From: an uncultured Rivularia sp.
GTDB taxonomy: Bacteria > Cyanobacteriota > Cyanobacteriia > Cyanobacteriales > Nostocaceae
Reading direction: 5' to 3'
Assembly: GCA_963665115.1 (NCBI GenBank)
Contig: OY762007.1
Span: 2,976,001 to 3,040,000, forward strand
Length of the DNA stretch: 64,000 nt
The notes beneath the pieces are model-generated. The model saw only the letters and a list, made by a program, of their open reading frames with translations, had not been told where the DNA came from and did no database searches. Position 1 is the first letter of the stretch. Each line of letters opens with the position of its first letter. A program made the position numbers and the translations under genes. Positions 52,701-64,000 of this stretch are shown here, piece by piece.

Positions 52701-55199
52701 ATGCAAACTATGGATTAATTTTGGGTACAGTTTTAGGAGATTATCAAACTGGCTATGAATTTGGCAAACTTGCTTATAACCTGAGTGAAATCTTCCAAAA
52801 CCAGGGGCAACTCTGTAAAGCAAGTTTGCTATTGAGTGGTTGGTTAACAAGCTGGAGTCAACCCATCGATGATGCCGAAAAAGTTGCTCTTAGTGGGTAT
52901 CAAGCAGGTTTAGAATCTGGAGAAATTCAATTTGCAGGTTACAATCTGTTTGCTTTGGGCTGCATTCTGCATTTTAAAGGTACTAAACTACAGCAAATTC
53001 AAGAAGGAATCAGTAATTGGTTGCCTTTTGTAGAGAAAACCAAAAATCAGCTCGCACTTGAAATATTATCGGCGCTTCAGTTTCAATGTCTCTAAATTGT
53101 TAGGGGAAAATAGCCCTAACATTAAATTGACTCACTACCAAAGCCCAATAGCAGTTGCAATCGATTGTATCTACCAGTGTCAAAAATATTACTTACTAAA
53201 CCAGTCCGAAGCATCTTTAAATCATGCCTTAGAAGCAGAAAAATTGACATTAGCGATCGCCGGTTTTGTGACTTCTGGAGAATATCATTTTTATGTTCCT
53301 TTAGTGTTTCTCAATCGCTTACCTTTAATGCAGAAAGAGCAACAACAATCATACTGGGAGAAAGTAAAGACACATCAACAAAAACTGAAAATTTGGACTG
53401 AACAATGCCCGCAAAACTTCCAACATAAATACTTTCTATTACAAGCAGAAATCAACCGAGTTAATGGCAATTTTGCAAATGCTATTGAATATTATGACAA
53501 AGCTATCTCTGAGGCTTCGGCTAACAAATACATTCATGAACTTGCCCTTTCTAACGAATTAGCAGCTAAATTCTACCTGGATTGGGACAAAGAAAAATTA
53601 GCCCAAATATATATGCAAGAAGCTTACTATTGCTACACAGAATGGGGAAGTAAAGCAAAAACTGACGATTTAGAAAAACGCTATTTTCAACTGCTTGCAC
53701 CCATATTTAAAAACTTTGATAAATCGGAATTGATCGATCAAACTATTCAAATAACTAGTTCGAGTAGCAGCAGTATTTCCGAAAATCTCGATTTCGCTAG
53801 CATTCTTAAAGCAACACAAGCTCTATCAAGTGAAATTAAATTAGAGCAGTTAATTTCCAAGTTAATGCAAGTGGTGATGGAAAATGCTGGAGCCAAAAAA
53901 GCCGCTTTGATTTTGCTCGACGATGATAATCTGATGCTCAAAGCAGTAGCTGCTACCTCCTCTAGTATAAAGCTGCTCAATTTACGGTACCAAGACAGCG
54001 AAGATATCCCTGCTACATTAATTAACTATGTCAAAAGAAGTTTAAAAACAATCGTATTAGATAATGCAACACAAAACCCGGATTTTATCGCCGATTCATA
54101 TTTAATGGAGCAACAACCGAAAAGTTTACTTTGTATGCCGATTTTGAATCAAGGTAAATTAATCGGATTATTATATTTAGAAAATAACTTGACGATTGGT
54201 GCATTTACCCAAAATCGTGTAGACACTCTTAATTTGCTCTGCACCCAAACAGCTATTTCTTTGGAAAACGCTCAACTTTACAGCAAATTAGCAAACTATT
54301 CTCATACTTTAGAACAAAAAGTAGAACAGCGAACTCAAGAAGTAACCCAAAAAGCAACTCAATTAGAATCAACTTTAAAAGAATTACAACGCACTCAAGC
54401 CCAATTAATTCAAACTGAAAAAATGTCCGGTTTGGGACAACTTGTGGCTGGAATTGCTCACGAAATCAATAATCCCATCGGCTTTATTTACGGTAATCTC
54501 ACCCCAGCTTCTGAATATACTTTAGATTTAATTGAACTAATTAATTTATATCAAAAGCTTTATCCTCAATCTCTACCTGAAATTGCAGACAAAGTTGACG
54601 ATATAGACTTAGATTATTTAATTGAGGATTTACCAAAACTACTTGATTCAATGAAAATAGGTGCAAAGCGGATTCGTGAAATTGTTGTGTCATTACGAAA
54701 CTTTTCTCGCTTAGATGAAGCCGAACTAAAACCAGTAGATATTTACTCTGGGATTGATAGCACTCTGTTAATTTTGCAGCATCAACTCAACTCAAGTAGT
54801 AAATATCCAGAAATTGAAGTAATTAAAAACTATAGTCAACTTCCAGAAACTAATTGCTATGCTTCTCAATTAAATCAAGTGTTTATAAATATTATCGGTA
54901 ACGCAATTCATGCTTTGCGAGAAAAGCAGGAAGACAAACCAATAATTACAATTAGCACTTCGCTTAAAGATGAGCAAAATATATTAATTAGTATCAGAGA
55001 TAATGGTGTTGGAATTAGTCAATCCATTTTAAATAAGATATTCGACCCATTTTTTACTACAAAACCAGTCGGTAGCGGTACGGGTTTGGGATTATCAACA
55101 AGCTATTCAATTGTCGTAAAAAAACATCGGGGTAATTTGAGTTGCATTTCTGCTCCGGGAGAGGGAACAGAATTTTTGATTGAATTACCTATCAAATAA
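49733..55199 (+). pseudogene. second trifunctional Ser/Thr kinase-AAA-GAF-histidine kinase, disrupted in this sequence
   Basis: Colinear with 33833; in-frame TAA at 52289-52291 and a +1 frameshift near TTT at 53081-53083. Confidence 0.85.
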
Positions 55200-55286
55200 T
55201 TAGATAAAATCTAATGTTTCCGATCATTTTTGGTTCTAAGAACGATAAAACTATTTTTATATATGTCTATTTTTTTGGTCATTTGT

Positions 55287-55295
55287 GGGAATACT
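55287..55295 (+). promoter_or_regulatory. J-box GGGAATACT
   Basis: Exact match within a decayed kinase leader cassette, 157 nt upstream of ATG 55453. Confidence 0.68.
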
Positions 55296-55452
55296 AAATC
55301 CAGAAGCATTAGGAATTTAGCAGTATGGTTTTCTTTATATATCGCATTTTAGAAAAAAGTATCAAGCTTCTAGAAACATTATCTATCGTCCCCGATAAGC
55401 GGACATTTGCATTGCTTACAACTTTCAATAAATGCAAAGCCGGTAACTGGGT

Positions 55453-57372
55453 ATGAAAATTAAAAATAAAATTATTTACGGTTACGTAGTTGCATTGGGA
55501 ATTGCATTAGTAGGAACGGGAATAGGACTATTTGTAGGGAACCATCATCAACAACAAGCACTACAAGCTCGACAAAGAGCTTCTACTGAAAGAAAATTTA
55601 TCAGCAAATTGCAAGTTGATATTTTGTACAATCGTCTTACTAAGCAACTAACGCCCCATTTGCAAAATCGGCAAGCTTTTCGTAACGAAGGTATGAAGTT
55701 AATTGAGCGCATCGACAAAATTCAAGCATTGTTGACTACCCATAATCAATCGGGTAGAGCTACTACTTTAAAAGGGTTACAGCCTCTACTTGAAGACTAC
55801 AAGATCGCCGTTGCTGAGTTTGCCGAGATGTCGCGAAATACTATCGCCGAGATAGATGCATTATTAATCGCATCACCCGACAACAGAGAAAAAGCCGAAA
55901 AGCTGGTGGTTAATTTAGCAAAAAGCCCGGAGTTTGCTAAATTTGTTGATTTTTCCGACCGATTGACAAAGTTTTATCAAATTGCAGAAAAACAAGAAAA
56001 TCATCATGAAAATTACTTATTTCAGGCAGAAAAAAACCGTACTCAAATTATCATTATAAGTTTGGGAACATCTATCGCCATCGGGATTATTCTAGCTGTG
56101 TATATTAGTAGAACGATTGCCCATCCCATTCAAAATTTAAATCAAATAGCCTTACAGGTTACTAAAGAAGATAACTTTACTCTACAAGCTCACCTTGAAA
56201 GCAAAGACGAAGTAGGATTGCTATCTTCTTCTTTTAATCAACTTATTTATCGTGTTAACCAACTTTTACTCGAACAGCAAATCTACACAGAAAAACTCGA
56301 ATATACCAAAGAAGTTGCTGATGCAGCCAATCAAGCTAAAAGTGAATTTCTGGCGAACATGAGCCACGAACTTCGTACCCCCCTTAACGGTATTTTGGGC
56401 TATGCTCAGGTTCTCCAACAGTCAAAAGAATTAAAAGAAAAAGAACATCATGGACTGCAAATTATTTACGAATGCGGTTCTCATCTACTCACCGTTATTA
56501 ATGACATCCTAGATATTTCTAAGATAGAAGCTGGCAAATTTGAATTGGAATTGAAGGAGATTCACTTTCCTTCTTTTTTGCAAGGAGCGATAGAAATCTG
56601 TCGCTTGCAGGCAGATCAAAAAGCAATTAACTTTGTTTATGAACCCGATCTGAATCTCCCCACGGTTATCTTAGCTGATGAAAAACGACTCCGCCAAGTG
56701 CTACTAAACCTCCTCAATAATGCCATCAAATTTACCGAGCAAGGCAGTGTCACCTTCAGAGTTAAATACATCAACTCCGAGAAATTAGCAAAACAACCTA
56801 TTGCCTCTATCTGCTTCCAAGTCGAAGATACAGGTATTGGCATTTCTGATAGCGAGCAGGCAAAAATCTTTCGTTCCTTTGAACAATCAAGTAACAAAAA
56901 ATACCACATGGAAGGAACGGGGTTAGGTTTAGCAATTAGTCAAAAAATTGTTGAACTCATGGGGAGCAAAATTCAAGTTGAGAGCCAACTGGGGTTAGGT
57001 AGTACTTTCAGCTTTGAAGTCAACTTAGATATTTCTGAAAACTTGGCACAACAGGAGTCTGTGAATAACGAAGGGCAATTTATCGGTTATGAAGGTGTTC
57101 CTCAGCTAACTTGGAAATATGACAAAGTTGATTCTACCTTAGCTTTTAACATTAGTGAAGATAATGAGGCAGAACTAGTTTTACCAACCACTGAAGATTT
57201 ACATATTCTGTTGAAATTAACGCAGGATGGTTCATTGAGCAAACTAATGAAAGCCGCTGAAGAAATTGGTCTGCATCCCAATTACCTGCCTTTTGCTGAG
57301 AAAATTATACATTTAGCTAAGCAATGCGAACTAGAAAAAATAGAGGAACTGCTGCAAGCAAGCCTTACTTAA
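55453..57372 (+). CDS. membrane HAMP histidine kinase lacking the receiver domain
   Basis: Two TM helices, helical extracytoplasmic domain, [14 protein letters not shown], HATPase and C-terminal helical tail. Confidence 0.93.
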   Translation: MKIKNKIIYGYVVALGIALVGTGIGLFVGNHHQQQALQARQRASTERKFISKLQVDILYNRLTKQLTPHLQNRQAFRNEGMKLIERIDKIQALLTTHNQSGRATTLKGLQPLLEDYKIAVAEFAEMSRNTIAEIDALLIASPDNREKAEKLVVNLAKSPEFAKFVDFSDRLTKFYQIAEKQENHHENYLFQAEKNRTQIIIISLGTSIAIGIILAVYISRTIAHPIQNLNQIALQVTKEDNFTLQAHLESKDEVGLLSSSFNQLIYRVNQLLLEQQIYTEKLEYTKEVADAANQAKSEFLANMSHELRTPLNGILGYAQVLQQSKELKEKEHHGLQIIYECGSHLLTVINDILDISKIEAGKFELELKEIHFPSFLQGAIEICRLQADQKAINFVYEPDLNLPTVILADEKRLRQVLLNLLNNAIKFTEQGSVTFRVKYINSEKLAKQPIASICFQVEDTGIGISDSEQAKIFRSFEQSSNKKYHMEGTGLGLAISQKIVELMGSKIQVESQLGLGSTFSFEVNLDISENLAQQESVNNEGQFIGYEGVPQLTWKYDKVDSTLAFNISEDNEAELVLPTTEDLHILLKLTQDGSLSKLMKAAEEIGLHPNYLPFAEKIIHLAKQCELEKIEELLQASLT

Positions 57373-57469
57373 GCTAATTATCAAACTGCTCTATATTTGG
57401 AGAAATTGTTAAATTAGCTGAATAAATTAAAAATTAATAACTAAATTTTGCTTGTTTTTTCAACGATTT

Positions 57470-57478
57470 GGGAATACT
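57470..57478 (+). promoter_or_regulatory. J-box GGGAATACT
   Basis: Exact match upstream of the Cache-domain kinase. Confidence 0.68.
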
Positions 57479-57721
57479 AGGCAAACTAACATGACTAAGA
57501 GGATGCTTTAAAACTACTCAGGTGGTAAAAACTGCTATTACATTGCTCGTTGTTCACCGATGTGAACCCAGAGGGGTTTTGTTTATGTAGCTAAGCCAGT
57601 GCGTTGCGCGGGAACTACGGTTTCAAGCGTCGGGTGAAGTATGAAATTAGGCTTTCCCAACAACCTTGAAGCAATTGCGAATTACTTTGACTTTAATTTA
57701 TCCCTATTTATTCAAATAATA

Positions 57722-60466
57722 ATGAATAATTCTAAAAAAATATCTCTGCGGCTATTGCTGATTTTACCTTTTATTTTGCAAATTTTTGCTGCGGTAGGAT
57801 TAACTGGTTGGCTTTCGCTCCGCAACGGACATAAGGCAGTCAATGATGTTGCCAGTCAGTTAAGAAGTGAAGTCAGCGATCGCATTAAGCTACGGGTTTT
57901 TTCTTACCTCAACGATCCTCATACGGTTAATGCCGTAGTTGCCGAGGCTATGGAAGCGGGACAAATCGATGTCAACGATCTACCGGCTTTAGAACAATAT
58001 TTCTGGCGATTGGTAGATAAAAAAATCGTCAACTATCTTCAGTTTGGCAGTATAGATGGATACAACGTTGCTGTCGAGCGGGTGCAAGAAAATCTACTGG
58101 TGGCTCGATATCGAGATGCTTCCACCGCGCCGATTCGGGAAGTGTACAGCCTTGATAATCGTGGCGATCGCACCAAACTGGTTAAGTCGAAAGAGTACGA
58201 TCCTCGAACCCGCCCTTGGTATACAACTACCGTTGAAGCGAATGCTCCTTTTTGGAGTCCGTTTTACGCCAGAGCAGCTAGCAATCGTCCCGTTGTTGCG
58301 ATTTCTCCTTCTCAACCTATTTACGATAAATCGGGCAAACTCTTAGGGGTTCTGCAAAATCTTTTTGAAGTCGGTCAAATTAGCGATTTTTTAGCAAGTA
58401 TTAAAATTGGTAATACGGGACAAACCTTTGTTATTGAAAGAAATGGAAATATGGTTGCTAGCTCCAAAATTGAGCAGCCATATATTGTTGAAGGTAAGAA
58501 AGTTGGCAGAATTAAAGCTGTAAATTCTAGCGATAGTATTATTAGTGCTACTGCGAAATATCTAAATCAAAAATTTGGCAGTCTTGATAAGATTACCAAA
58601 AGCCACCAGTTAGAATTTGATTTCCAAGGGGAGCGTCAGTTTGTTCAGGTGTTGCCGATTAACGATGGAAGGGGCGTGGATTGGCTGAGTATTGTTGTTG
58701 TTCCCGAATCCGACTTTATGGGACAAATCGATGCTAATACCCGCACCACTATTTTGCTGTGTTTAGCTGCTCTCATTATTGCCACACTCTTGGGTATTTT
58801 TACCTCTCGCTGGATTACCAAACCCATCCTAATGTTAAGCCAAGCTTCCGAGGCGATCGCCACAGGTAAACTAGATCAAAATGTCGGTAAATCTCAAGTT
58901 AATGAGATTGATATTTTAGCTCAGGCTTTTAACCGTATGGCTGCCCAACTGCAATCTGCATTTAATGCGCTGCACCAAAGTAATGAGGCATTGGAACACC
59001 GGGTTGAAGCACGCACCCAAGAATTAAAGGAAGCGAAAGAAATTGCCGATGCAGCCAATCAAGCGAAAAGTGAATTTTTGGCGAATATGAGTCACGAACT
59101 TCGTACTCCTCTTAACGGTATTTTAGGCTATGCCCAAATCCTTAAACGCTCCAAGCAATTAAAAGAAAAAGAAGATCGTGGAGTTCAAATTATTCACCAG
59201 TGCGCTTCTCATCTACTCACTCTGATTAATGACATTTTAGATATTTCTAAGATAGAAGCGCGTAAATTAGAATTAGAATTCAAAGAGATTCACTTTCCAT
59301 CTTTCTTGCAAGGAGTGATGGAAATCTGTCGCGTGCAGGCTGAAAAAAAAGGAATTGACTTTATTTACGAATCGGATGCTAATCTTCCCACAGGTATTTT
59401 GGCAGATGAAAAACGACTACGGCAAGTATTAATTAACCTCCTCAGTAATGCCATAAAATTTACCGAGAAAGGTAGCGTCACCTTGAGAGTTAAATATATC
59501 AACCCCGACGAGATATTACCAACGGAACAACCCATCGCTTCAATCGTGTTCCAAATCGAAGATACAGGAATTGGTATTGCTGATAGCCAGAAGACGCAAA
59601 TCTTCGGTTCCTTCGAGCAAGTAGGCGATAAAAAACGGCAAGCGGAGGGAACGGGTTTAGGTTTAGCAATTAGTCAAAAAATTGTTGAACTCATGGGTAG
59701 CAAGATTGAAGTTGAAAGCCAACTTGGTAGCGGTAGTACTTTTAGTTTTGAAGTCAGCTTAAATATTTCTGACAGCTGGGCAAAACAAATGTCGGCTGAT
59801 AATCAAGGGCAAATCGTAGGTTATCAAGGTGTTCCTCGCCATCTTCTAATCGTGGATGATTTATGGGAAAACCGCTCAGTTTTGATGGAATTACTAAAGC
59901 CACTTAATTTTAAATTAACTGAAGCCGAAAACGGTAAAGAAGCATTATTCAAAGCCAAACAACAACCATTTGATTTGATTTTAACTGACATCATGATGCC
60001 GGAAATGGACGGCTTTGAAATGCTCAAACAGCTACGCAATGACTCTGAAATTAAGCATATAACTACGATTATTTCATCGGCATCAGTATCGGATATAGAT
60101 CGAACTAGTAGTTTAGATGCAGGTGCTAATGATTTTCTGCCCAAACCTGTAGATGCAGAAGAATTATTTATCATTCTTGCCAAACACCTACAGCTAACTT
60201 GGAAATATGATGAAACTGAAATAAGATCGGCCACTGTAGTCAGCGATAATGATAATGTAGAGCTAATTTTACCAACCGTCGAAGACTTACAAACTTTATT
60301 AGCATTATCGCAGAATGGTTCGGTGAGTAAGTTAATGAAAACGGTTGAGGAGATTGCTCAAAATAACGATTCTTATCTACCTTTTACTCAAAAAATTGTC
60401 CAGTTATTAAATCAATTTGAATTAGAAGAAGTTGAGTTATTGCTGCAAGAAAGCCTTCAAAATTAG
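57722..60466 (+). CDS. hybrid kinase TM-dCache-TM-HAMP-HisKA-HATPase-REC
   Basis: YDPRTRPWY Cache motif, HAMP, H-box and LTDIMMP receiver. The ORF is open from 57641; ATG 57722 is preferred. Confidence 0.94.
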   Translation: MNNSKKISLRLLLILPFILQIFAAVGLTGWLSLRNGHKAVNDVASQLRSEVSDRIKLRVFSYLNDPHTVNAVVAEAMEAGQIDVNDLPALEQYFWRLVDKKIVNYLQFGSIDGYNVAVERVQENLLVARYRDASTAPIREVYSLDNRGDRTKLVKSKEYDPRTRPWYTTTVEANAPFWSPFYARAASNRPVVAISPSQPIYDKSGKLLGVLQNLFEVGQISDFLASIKIGNTGQTFVIERNGNMVASSKIEQPYIVEGKKVGRIKAVNSSDSIISATAKYLNQKFGSLDKITKSHQLEFDFQGERQFVQVLPINDGRGVDWLSIVVVPESDFMGQIDANTRTTILLCLAALIIATLLGIFTSRWITKPILMLSQASEAIATGKLDQNVGKSQVNEIDILAQAFNRMAAQLQSAFNALHQSNEALEHRVEARTQELKEAKEIADAANQAKSEFLANMSHELRTPLNGILGYAQILKRSKQLKEKEDRGVQIIHQCASHLLTLINDILDISKIEARKLELEFKEIHFPSFLQGVMEICRVQAEKKGIDFIYESDANLPTGILADEKRLRQVLINLLSNAIKFTEKGSVTLRVKYINPDEILPTEQPIASIVFQIEDTGIGIADSQKTQIFGSFEQVGDKKRQAEGTGLGLAISQKIVELMGSKIEVESQLGSGSTFSFEVSLNISDSWAKQMSADNQGQIVGYQGVPRHLLIVDDLWENRSVLMELLKPLNFKLTEAENGKEALFKAKQQPFDLILTDIMMPEMDGFEMLKQLRNDSEIKHITTIISSASVSDIDRTSSLDAGANDFLPKPVDAEELFIILAKHLQLTWKYDETEIRSATVVSDNDNVELILPTVEDLQTLLALSQNGSVSKLMKTVEEIAQNNDSYLPFTQKIVQLLNQFELEEVELLLQESLQN

Positions 60467-60593
60467 TAATCTATAAACTGATGAATGGGCATGGGAATGG
60501 GGCATAGGGCATGGGGTAATAGGTAATAGGTAAACATAATGATTAAAGATATTTGTTAACTTTTAACTCCTAAATCTTTAATCCAATTCCCAA

Positions 60594-60890
60594 TTACTTT
60601 TGTTTTCTCAAAGCTTCCACTTGCGATTTTAATTGAGCTATTTCTTGTGCCATCTCTAACACCATCGATGCACCAATTAAATTCAAACCCAAATCTTGAC
60701 GCAAACGAATAATTTGAATGATGCGAGTTACATCTTGGGGACGTAACATTGCTCCTTCTGGCTCGATTAAACCCAGGCTGGTAAAGCGTTCAATAACAGT
60801 AACTGATGTTTGTGTAATTGTGGCAGCTTGCTCAAAACTGATTAAGTTTTCTCCCTCAAGAGAGACTACGACGCGGGATATTTGGCTCAT
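60594..60890 (-). CDS. cbpM: chaperone modulator CbpM-like (MerR-type fold)
   Basis: RL.QDLGLNL.G motif; lies directly downstream of the DnaJ-class gene. Confidence 0.82.
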   Translation of the reverse strand: MSQISRVVVSLEGENLISFEQAATITQTSVTVIERFTSLGLIEPEGAMLRPQDVTRIIQIIRLRQDLGLNLIGASMVLEMAQEIAQLKSQVEALRKQK

Positions 60891-61020
60891 AAGTTAGTAC
60901 CTGAAAATGGGGGAGGGGGACATTCTTAAAGTAGCGAGTAGAGAGTAGAGAGTAAAAAAGTAATGAGTAAAAATTGGGGAATAGATCGTTGAGGAGCCGA
61001 AATAGGAACGAATTGGTAGT

Positions 61021-62008
61021 TTACTTGCTACTCGCTACTCCTAACTCCATCTCTTTGCGCGGATTAAAATTACTTTCTTGCTGGATTTTTTCGTAATATT
61101 CTTTTTCTTTGTCGGTTAATTCTTTTGGTGTAACAATTTTTAGCTTGACAATTTGGTCGGTTCTTTCTCCTTTGGGTTTGCGCCAGCCTTTGCCGCGTAA
61201 CCGCAGAGATTGAGCGGAATCAATTCCTGGAGGTATTTTCATGGTAACGTTACCGTCGGGTGTGGGTACGTCGATTTCGGCTCCTAAAGCTGCTTCGGGA
61301 GGGGTAATCGGGACTTCGCAAACGATATTATCATCTTCAAAACTGAAAAAAGCATGGGGTTTTAATTCTATATTTAAATATAAATCTCCGCGCTGACCGG
61401 AGAAAGGGCTAGGTTGTCCTTTACCTTTAACTCGCAGACGACTACCGGGTTTTGCTCCGGGTGGAATGCGGACTTTGATTGTTTCATCGCCCAATTTAAA
61501 CTGTTGCTGTACGCCGTTGAAAGCTTCAGAAAAAGAAAGTGCGATCGCTGCTTCTACATCTTGCCCAGGTTGGTTAAATCCTTCGCTACTATTTGAGGTA
61601 CGGTAATTATAAGTTCTTCTGCTGCCGCCACTACCAGCTTTACCCCTTATAAGTTCTTCAATAAAATCATCAAAGCTGCCGTATTGACTAAAATCATAGC
61701 CGCCTACATCTACACCAACTCCACCTCTGGGAGTCGCACCAGGTTGGGATTGTTGCTGACGTTGACTTGCTGTCTGCTGCCAATATTGCCCGTATTGGTT
61801 GTATTTCTGCCGTTTTTCGGGATCTGAAAGTACTTCTTGAGCTTCGTTGATTTCTTTAAAGCGGTTTTCTGCTTTTTTGTCACCGGGATTCAAATCTGGA
61901 TGATATTTTCTCGCCAGTTTGCGGAAAGCTTTTTTGATATCATCCTGAGACGCACTTTTACTTACACCCAGAAACCTGATAATAATCTTTAAAATTACTT
62001 GCTGCCAT
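61021..62008 (-). CDS. DnaJ-class chaperone (CbpA-like), frameshifted at about 61973
   Basis: [12 protein letters not shown], then a J-domain with HPD after removing one base of AAA at 61972-61974; DnaJ_C domain; no Zn finger. Confidence 0.9.
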
Positions 62009-62328
62009 TGTTATTTATGGTTGGGAATTGGGAATTGGGCATTGAGAATTGGGCATTTGATAATTGGTAACATTTAAAATATTTGCTCATAGTTTGCACA
62101 TTAGGCTTCTTCCCGAAGAAAGATTCATAAAAATATAAATTGTAAAACTGTAGGCAGATAATTTAAGATAATTTTATTGTTAGCTTGGCAAATTATCAAT
62201 TTTTATATAATTTCTAAAGTATGACTTAATTACTATCGCAACTTCTCTCAAAATTTCCAAATAATTATTTACATCTTTTTACATACAGTTTCTAAAATCA
62301 TAATTTATAAATTTACTTTATCCATTTT

Positions 62329-63792
62329 ATGGATTTAGCAATAACTCTTAACAACAATTCATCTAAACCCTTACACCAACAACTTTACGAACAACTTCGT
62401 CAAGCAATTCTTACCGGAAGATTAACACCAGGGGAACGAATTCCTTCAACTCGTTTTTTAGCTGAATCTCTGTCAATTTCTCGTTTTACAGTTACCACAA
62501 GTTACGAGCAACTTTTAAGTGAAGGTTATTTAGAAACAGTTACGGGTAGTGGTACTTTTGTTTGTCAGCAAATTCCTGACGATTTAATCCATTCAAATCC
62601 AATTGAAAATATCAAAAAAATTAATCCTGCACCAATTAAATTATCTCAATATGGAGATTTAGTTAATACGAAAAATGTCCCCAGAATTCCAGAAGCGAAA
62701 TTACAAATCAACTTTCGTTATGGAACACCAGCACTCAGCGAATTTCCGATCAAAACATGGCGCAGATTATTATCGCGTTACTGTAACGCTAACTTAGATT
62801 GGCTCGATTATTCAACAGAGCCTTTAGGATATCAACCTTTACGAAAAGCGATCGCACATTATCTTACCCGCTCCCGTGCGGTAAATTGCCAACCTGAGCA
62901 GATATTAATTACTAACGGTACCCAACAAGCACTCGATTTAATTTTGCGTTTATTAATTTCGCCGGAAGAAACTATAGCAATTGAAAATCCCGGTTATTTA
63001 AGCGCCAGAATTATATTTGAAACTCAAAATGCTTATGTTTTACCCGTTTCCGTGGATAATTCGGGTTTAATAGTACAAGAATTAGCCGATTCTACACAAA
63101 AAAATATTCGATTAGTTTACGTAACACCTTCTCATCAATTCCCCACCGGAGCAATTTTATCCTTACCCAGACGTTTGGAATTATTAAATTGGGCGCAACA
63201 AAGCGGGGGATTAATAATTGAAGATGATTATGATAGCGAATTTAGATATGGTGAAAAACCAATTCCGGCATTACAAGGATTAGATAAAAGTGATTCGGTA
63301 CTTTACATCGGGACGTTTTCAAAAGTATTATTTCCTTCATTACGAATCGGTTATTTAGTACTTCCAAAAAGTTTAGTTTCAATATTCACCCGTGCAAAAT
63401 GGTTGAATGACAGACATTTACCAATTTTAGAACAGCAAGTGCTTGCAGAATTTATCAACGAAGGACATTTAGAACGTCATATTAGAAAAATGCGTTCAAT
63501 ATACGATAAACGCCGTCAAGTTTTAGTAAAAGCCTTAAAAAAACACTTTGGAAAACGCGCCAAAATTTTAGGAGAAAAAGCCGGAATTCACCTGATGGTG
63601 TGCTTCAAAAGTAACTTGAGTGACGCAGAAATTATTCAAAAGGCTACAACAGTTGGTATAGGAATGATATCTGCCAATCCCCATTATTTGGTAAATCATC
63701 CCACGGGTGAATTTATTTTCGGTTACGGCGATTTGACAGAAACACAGCTTACCGAGGGAATTCGTAGATTATCTGGAATAATTTCTAAATAA
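62329..63792 (+). CDS. MocR/GabR-family transcriptional regulator (GntR wHTH plus PLP aminotransferase domain)
   Basis: PSTR.LA..L.ISR, GSGTFV, TPSHQFPTG, EDDYDSEFRY and GTFSK. Confidence 0.95.
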   Translation: MDLAITLNNNSSKPLHQQLYEQLRQAILTGRLTPGERIPSTRFLAESLSISRFTVTTSYEQLLSEGYLETVTGSGTFVCQQIPDDLIHSNPIENIKKINPAPIKLSQYGDLVNTKNVPRIPEAKLQINFRYGTPALSEFPIKTWRRLLSRYCNANLDWLDYSTEPLGYQPLRKAIAHYLTRSRAVNCQPEQILITNGTQQALDLILRLLISPEETIAIENPGYLSARIIFETQNAYVLPVSVDNSGLIVQELADSTQKNIRLVYVTPSHQFPTGAILSLPRRLELLNWAQQSGGLIIEDDYDSEFRYGEKPIPALQGLDKSDSVLYIGTFSKVLFPSLRIGYLVLPKSLVSIFTRAKWLNDRHLPILEQQVLAEFINEGHLERHIRKMRSIYDKRRQVLVKALKKHFGKRAKILGEKAGIHLMVCFKSNLSDAEIIQKATTVGIGMISANPHYLVNHPTGEFIFGYGDLTETQLTEGIRRLSGIISK

Positions 63793-63802
63793 CTAATAAT
63801 TA

Positions 63803-63860
63803 TCCCTCTCCTTAATAAGGAGAGGGAAAGATTTACCGTAGGTAAAGCGAGGGTGAGGTT
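63803..63860. repeat. palindromic repeat TCCCTCTCCTTAATAAGGAGAGGGA...GAGGGTGAGGTT
   Basis: Hairpin after the MocR stop; related copies inside both trifunctional kinases. Confidence 0.8.
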
Positions 63861-64000
63861 TCGATTATGCAAAAATTTTATTCTTACTAAAAAACCCGGT
63901 ATCTTGTAGATAGCGGGTTTCTTTATTTCCAAAACTATTCTTCAAACAATCTATACTAAGCACTCACTTCCTGCTTCCGCTTACTTAGTAATGCTCCGTA

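Larger units (their letters stand above)
608..62855. repeat. HIP1 octamer GCGATCGC (at least 22 copies)
   Basis: Counted by eye, e.g. 608, 4041, 7099, 9753, 14250, 19509, 22977, 24115, 31343, 41066, 42508, 45364, 58853, 62848. Confidence 0.9.

Noticed and set aside
10831..60234. Numerous 60-136 aa ORFs inside or antisense to large genes
   Set aside because: Fully overlap well-supported CDSs and lack recognisable motifs.
63956..64000. 3' end of a minus-strand gene (...KRKQEVSA*)
   Set aside because: Only about 14 codons are visible; cannot be supported.

Overview
AT-rich chromosomal DNA from a filamentous cyanobacterium. Nostocales is inferred from HIP1 GCGATCGC sites, heptamer STRR tracts and small dispersed palindromic repeats. 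The left half holds tRNA-Leu(CAG), housekeeping genes (TrmH-type methylase, ribF, surE, pheS, recQ, MoxR ATPase), two large multi-PAS histidine kinases and accessory genes. From about 33.8 to 60.5 kb lies a signalling island: two trifunctional Ser/Thr kinase-AAA-GAF-histidine kinases, a dual-cyanobacteriochrome hybrid kinase (DXCF plus far-red-type GAF), several hybrid kinases and at least three deletion remnants. The strongest unannotated signal is a GGGAA(T/C)A(C/A)T box in front of all eight sensor-kinase transcription units, matching the SigJ 'J-box' of hormogonium genes. In five cases it sits in a longer cassette (promoter, leader and first kinase codons) that is reused in front of different genes. 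The island also shows precise in-frame domain deletions, a 130-bp MITE with a target-site duplication, and small repeats inserted in frame into proteins. Six frameshifts lie in short homopolymers, two of them in pheS and ribF, and look like sequencing errors. All family assignments come from motif recognition by eye; no searches were run.
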